Assembly: GCA_023253175.1 (NCBI GenBank)
Contig: JALRHH010000002.1
Span: forward strand, 192,199-256,198
Source of the DNA: Candidatus Saccharimonadia bacterium
GTDB lineage: Bacteria > Patescibacteriota > Saccharimonadia > Saccharimonadales > JALRHH01
DNA: 64,000 bases
Direction of reading: 5' to 3'
Each line of letters begins with the position of its first letter. Position 1 is the first letter of the stretch. The translations under genes were made by a program, and so were the position numbers. Shown here piece by piece: positions 61,307-64,000 of the stretch. The notes under the pieces are model-generated. The model was not told the origin of the DNA and searched no databases. It saw only the letters and a program-made list of their open reading frames with translations.

Positions 61307-61627
61307 ATGGCAGCTAAACTTTTTGTAGGCTCACTAGCTTACAGTGTACGTGACGACGAACTTGCGGATTTCTTTGCAAGCGCCGGAACCGTAGTATCAG
61401 CAAAGGTAATCATGGACCGCGAAACCAACCGCTCTAAGGGCTTTGGTTTTGTCGAAATGAGCACTGACGAAGAGGCTAAGGCAGCTATCGATCAGCTTAA
61501 CGAGAAAGAGCTCGCTGGCCGCGCTATTATCGTGAACGAAGCGAAGCCTCAGGCACCACGTGAAAACCGTTCATTCGGTGGTGGTAACCGTGACCGTGGT
61601 AACGGTGGCGGCAGCCGTTCTTGGTAG
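61307..61627 (+). CDS. RNA-binding protein, single RRM domain with Gly/Arg-rich tail
   Basis: 106 aa with RNP-2 KLFVGSL and RNP-1 KGFGFVEM. The C-terminus is RSFGGGNRDRGNGGGSRSW. Confidence 0.85.
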   Translation: MAAKLFVGSLAYSVRDDELADFFASAGTVVSAKVIMDRETNRSKGFGFVEMSTDEEAKAAIDQLNEKELAGRAIIVNEAKPQAPRENRSFGGGNRDRGNGGGSRSW

Positions 61628-61644
61628 TCTTAGGTACTAACCAC

Positions 61645-61680
61645 ATAAAAACCCACCGAAGTAACGGTGGGTTTTTTGTT
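61645..61680 (+). terminator. Intrinsic terminator after the RRM gene
   Basis: aaaaaCCCACCGaagtaaCGGTGGGtttttt. Confidence 0.75.
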
Positions 61681-61713
61681 ATACTGAAAGCTAAAGCAGT
61701 ATAAACAAGCAAC

Positions 61714-63393
61714 ATGGCCGACATGACACACCATACCCCTCATTGGCACCGCGGATTACACGCAGTTCATTTTGGGTTTTTAAGTGGCCTGATCATCCTG
61801 ACATTTATGTTTGCGCTGTTAACCACCCTGCTCTCGCCCGCATGGGTCAGGCATTCAGAAGCAGCAGTCAGCCCTTTTTCCGGAAGCAGCTTCTGGAATA
61901 CGCCTGTTCCGTCATATACTTCGCTTCACCCCGATTCCGTAAATCTCGTACAGAATATTACACAGCAAGTTTCGCAGTATGGATCGAGCTTTAATACAAC
62001 CGGATCGGCGCCGGTATATCAAGCGGACAGTGAAACAAGCCAAATAAACGTACAGTATTGGGATTGCGGTATTGGATCACCGGCGAATGTAGAAAGCCAG
62101 TGGCAACAGGTCCCAATACCGTTCTATGCGGTACCCGGCGGTACAAATAGTCAGATGATTGTGCAGAATGGTACGGATATATGGGAATTTGGTTATATGC
62201 GAAGCGTTGCAGGACAATGGCAGGCGTGTACGGGCGGTAAAATTTCGAGTAGTACTAATGGCGTATTCCCCAGTCCGTATGGTATATCCGCGAGTGGTCT
62301 GGCTGCAATCGGTGGCCAGTTGACTCCTGACGAAATTCGGTCCGGCTATATTGATCATGTCGTGGGGTTGGCACTGCCTCGTACAAACGGTAGTGTTTCG
62401 CCTGCGACTCAATCTGCTGGAAGTTCCAGTGGTGCGCCTGCGCTCGGTATGCGGTTTAAGCTCGATCCGGCGGTGAATATTTACCAACTTGGTCTTAACC
62501 CCGCTGGTCTGGCGATTGCCCGGGCAGCCCAGACATATGGATTTGTCATATGGAATACGGCTGGTTCAGTGAGTGTCCTTGGCAACAATCCGATCTCTCA
62601 AACTAATCGCGGTATCGCAAATCCTTATAACAATGTGCCTGGCTATACGACCGCACTTAACGGATTTCCCTGGAATAAGCTGCAGGCACTGCCAACGGGC
62701 GGAGATTACTCGTCAGTCATTCCTGCGATTACATCATTCTCTGCTTCACAAACCAGCATACGAGCAGGATCAACGGTGACGCTCAGCTGGCAGGCTTCAA
62801 ATCTCAATCGCTGTGCGATAAATGGGGTGAGTGACAACCTGCCCGCAAGCGGCAGTATCATAACAAAGCCTCTCGCCGATTCGGCTACCTTTGTGCTGCG
62901 CTGTGGTGGGCAGAACGGCGCCGCGAGCAGTCAGTTAAGCGTTTCAGTGACTCGTAACTCAGAAAATAACCCTGCCCCAGAAGTGCCTCCCGGTACGACA
63001 ATTGATGAGCCATACTCTGGCTATGCCAATATACTGCCTGAAATTATGAATGGCAGCGAATCAGAGCGAGTCTATAAAGTAGTGTTCTACGAAAAAGAGA
63101 CGTATTTATATGAAACAGCAAAGGCGCCCTTCGCGCTTAATACCTCGCGTATGGATAATGGAAAACATACCGTTAACGCCCAGATCTATTATCGTGACGG
63201 TACATCCGATAAACGATCGCTTGGGATTACGGTAAGTAATACTCCGGAGACATTATTTGCGACGGTTCAAAGTGGGGTTATAAAAGCACCGCCTTCGATA
63301 CCACTTCCTTATGCACTGGCTGGGGCGCTGATTGCGTTCGTGGGAATGGCTATCGGCACCTGGTGGGGCTGGCGCAAGGCGCATTTACATTAA
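61714..63393 (+). CDS. Hypothetical surface protein (N-terminal TM/signal anchor, large ectodomain, C-terminal TM anchor)
   Basis: 559 aa. N-terminal LSGLIILTFMFALLTTLL, C-terminal LAGALIAFVGMAIGTWWGW-RKAH. No recognisable catalytic motif. Confidence 0.5.
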   Translation: MADMTHHTPHWHRGLHAVHFGFLSGLIILTFMFALLTTLLSPAWVRHSEAAVSPFSGSSFWNTPVPSYTSLHPDSVNLVQNITQQVSQYGSSFNTTGSAPVYQADSETSQINVQYWDCGIGSPANVESQWQQVPIPFYAVPGGTNSQMIVQNGTDIWEFGYMRSVAGQWQACTGGKISSSTNGVFPSPYGISASGLAAIGGQLTPDEIRSGYIDHVVGLALPRTNGSVSPATQSAGSSSGAPALGMRFKLDPAVNIYQLGLNPAGLAIARAAQTYGFVIWNTAGSVSVLGNNPISQTNRGIANPYNNVPGYTTALNGFPWNKLQALPTGGDYSSVIPAITSFSASQTSIRAGSTVTLSWQASNLNRCAINGVSDNLPASGSIITKPLADSATFVLRCGGQNGAASSQLSVSVTRNSENNPAPEVPPGTTIDEPYSGYANILPEIMNGSESERVYKVVFYEKETYLYETAKAPFALNTSRMDNGKHTVNAQIYYRDGTSDKRSLGITVSNTPETLFATVQSGVIKAPPSIPLPYALAGALIAFVGMAIGTWWGWRKAHLH

Positions 63394-63431
63394 GCTACGT
63401 CGCAGTACTCTAAATAATAGGTAGCAAGTCT

Positions 63432-63524
63432 TGGCGGAGGAGAAGGGATTCGAACCCTTGATACGAGTTGCCTCGCATACACGATTTCGAGTCGTGCGCC
63501 TTCAACCAACTCGGCCACTCCTCC
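63432..63524 (-). tRNA. tRNA-Ser (anticodon CGA), CCA encoded
   Basis: The reverse complement folds by hand. Acceptor GGAGGAG/CTCCTCC, anticodon arm CACGA-CTCGAAA-TCGTG, long variable arm, T-loop GGTTCGAATCC, CCA. Confidence 0.9.
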
Positions 63525-63847
63525 AGTTTTTCAATTATACAAGATAGGGATATCGCGCAAACAAGTTTGCACTCCTTCCTGTGGTACTCTCTAAGACCGT
63601 GTAAATACAGTCTTAGCTGCGTTCCTCGTCCGCCGAATCCTGGGTACCCGTGAGGGCACAACACTTTTCGAGAGTATCCAGTTCAGCCACTCCTGCATCT
63701 CTTCCTGGCCAATGAATAGAGTTGTGTTGGAGGCTGTAGTCTATCGTGGAGGTTGGAAACTGCGCGCCATGCTCGGTGCAAGCACCTGCGCGTGACACTT
63801 GTTATCAACTGCTCCTGATCTCTCCAGCCTTGGTATTGTACCAGGGA

Positions 63848-64000
63848 TTATTTGGTGACTACAGGTGGTTCGTTATCTGGACTTGCAGGCTGCTCTGGCG
63901 TGAGCCGCTTTGCTACAAATAGTCCAGCAATACCGAGGATAATATAGCCTACTGCAAACCACTTCACGGTCAGGGCGATTTGTCCGAAGAAGCTCAAAAT
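63848..64000 (-). CDS. 3' end of a membrane-protein gene that starts beyond the window
   Basis: My translation of the reverse strand gives ...ILSFFGQIALTVKWFAVGYIILGIAGLFVAKRLTPEQPASPDNEPPVVTK*, in an open frame to the window edge. Confidence 0.35.
   Translation of the reverse strand: MLSFFGQIALTVKWFAVGYIILGIAGLFVAKRLTPEQPASPDNEPPVVTK

Noticed and set aside
63600-63660. tmRNA- or SRP-RNA-like strings on the minus strand (GGGTACCCAGGATTCGGCGG..., GAGGAACGCAGC)
   Set aside because: There is only approx. 110 nt before the tRNA-Ser gene. No tRNA-like 3' end, tag reading frame or GNRA-closed helix-8 pairing could be built by hand. It is kept only as an unassigned-RNA candidate, not called.

Overview
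This 64-kb chromosomal window spans a replication-origin region: jag-yidC-rnpA-rpmH on the minus strand, DnaA-box clusters, then dnaA-dnaN-recF on the plus strand. The gene content looks like a small-genome monoderm bacterium, most consistent with Patescibacteria/CPR such as Saccharibacteria. That assignment is inference, since no database search was possible. (1) Positions 1-23.4 kb hold a large, partly low-GC cell-surface glycan locus. It encodes GDP-mannose and GDP-6-deoxyhexose supply (PMM, ManC, PMI, Gmd, Rmd-like) and a CapE/FnlA-type UDP-2-acetamido-6-deoxy-L-hexose branch. It also has six GT2/GT4 glycosyltransferases, two methyltransferases, a Wzm/Wzt ABC exporter whose Wzt carries a C-terminal glycan-binding domain, a GT-C-like 668-aa membrane protein and a Wzy_C (O-antigen-ligase-like) protein. 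(2) Positions 23.4-29.3 kb encode secreted or anchored proteins, including a GH10 hydrolase and a 917-aa cutinase-VWA-PKD surface protein. (3) Positions 35.6-53.0 kb are the most interesting part: a Gram-positive-type T4SS-like locus. It contains VirB4, a separately encoded VirB4-N-terminal-like protein, PrgI/VirB3-like and VirB6-like proteins, and an SLT-like+CHAP hydrolase. It also contains a 1356-aa membrane protein fusing a DNase-I-like EEP domain to an M23 peptidase, several unknown ORFs, and a divergent array of six tandem VirB2/T4SS-pilin-like paralogs. No relaxase, coupling protein or integrase is present in the locus. (4) Positions 53-64 kb carry hsp20, comFC, four tRNAs (three Ser, one Arg-GCG), small membrane proteins, LysR plus inositol-3-phosphate synthase, an RRM protein, and a roughly 0.9-kb high-GC island carrying an SPFH-like gene. 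I saw no rRNA, CRISPR array, transposase or integrase.
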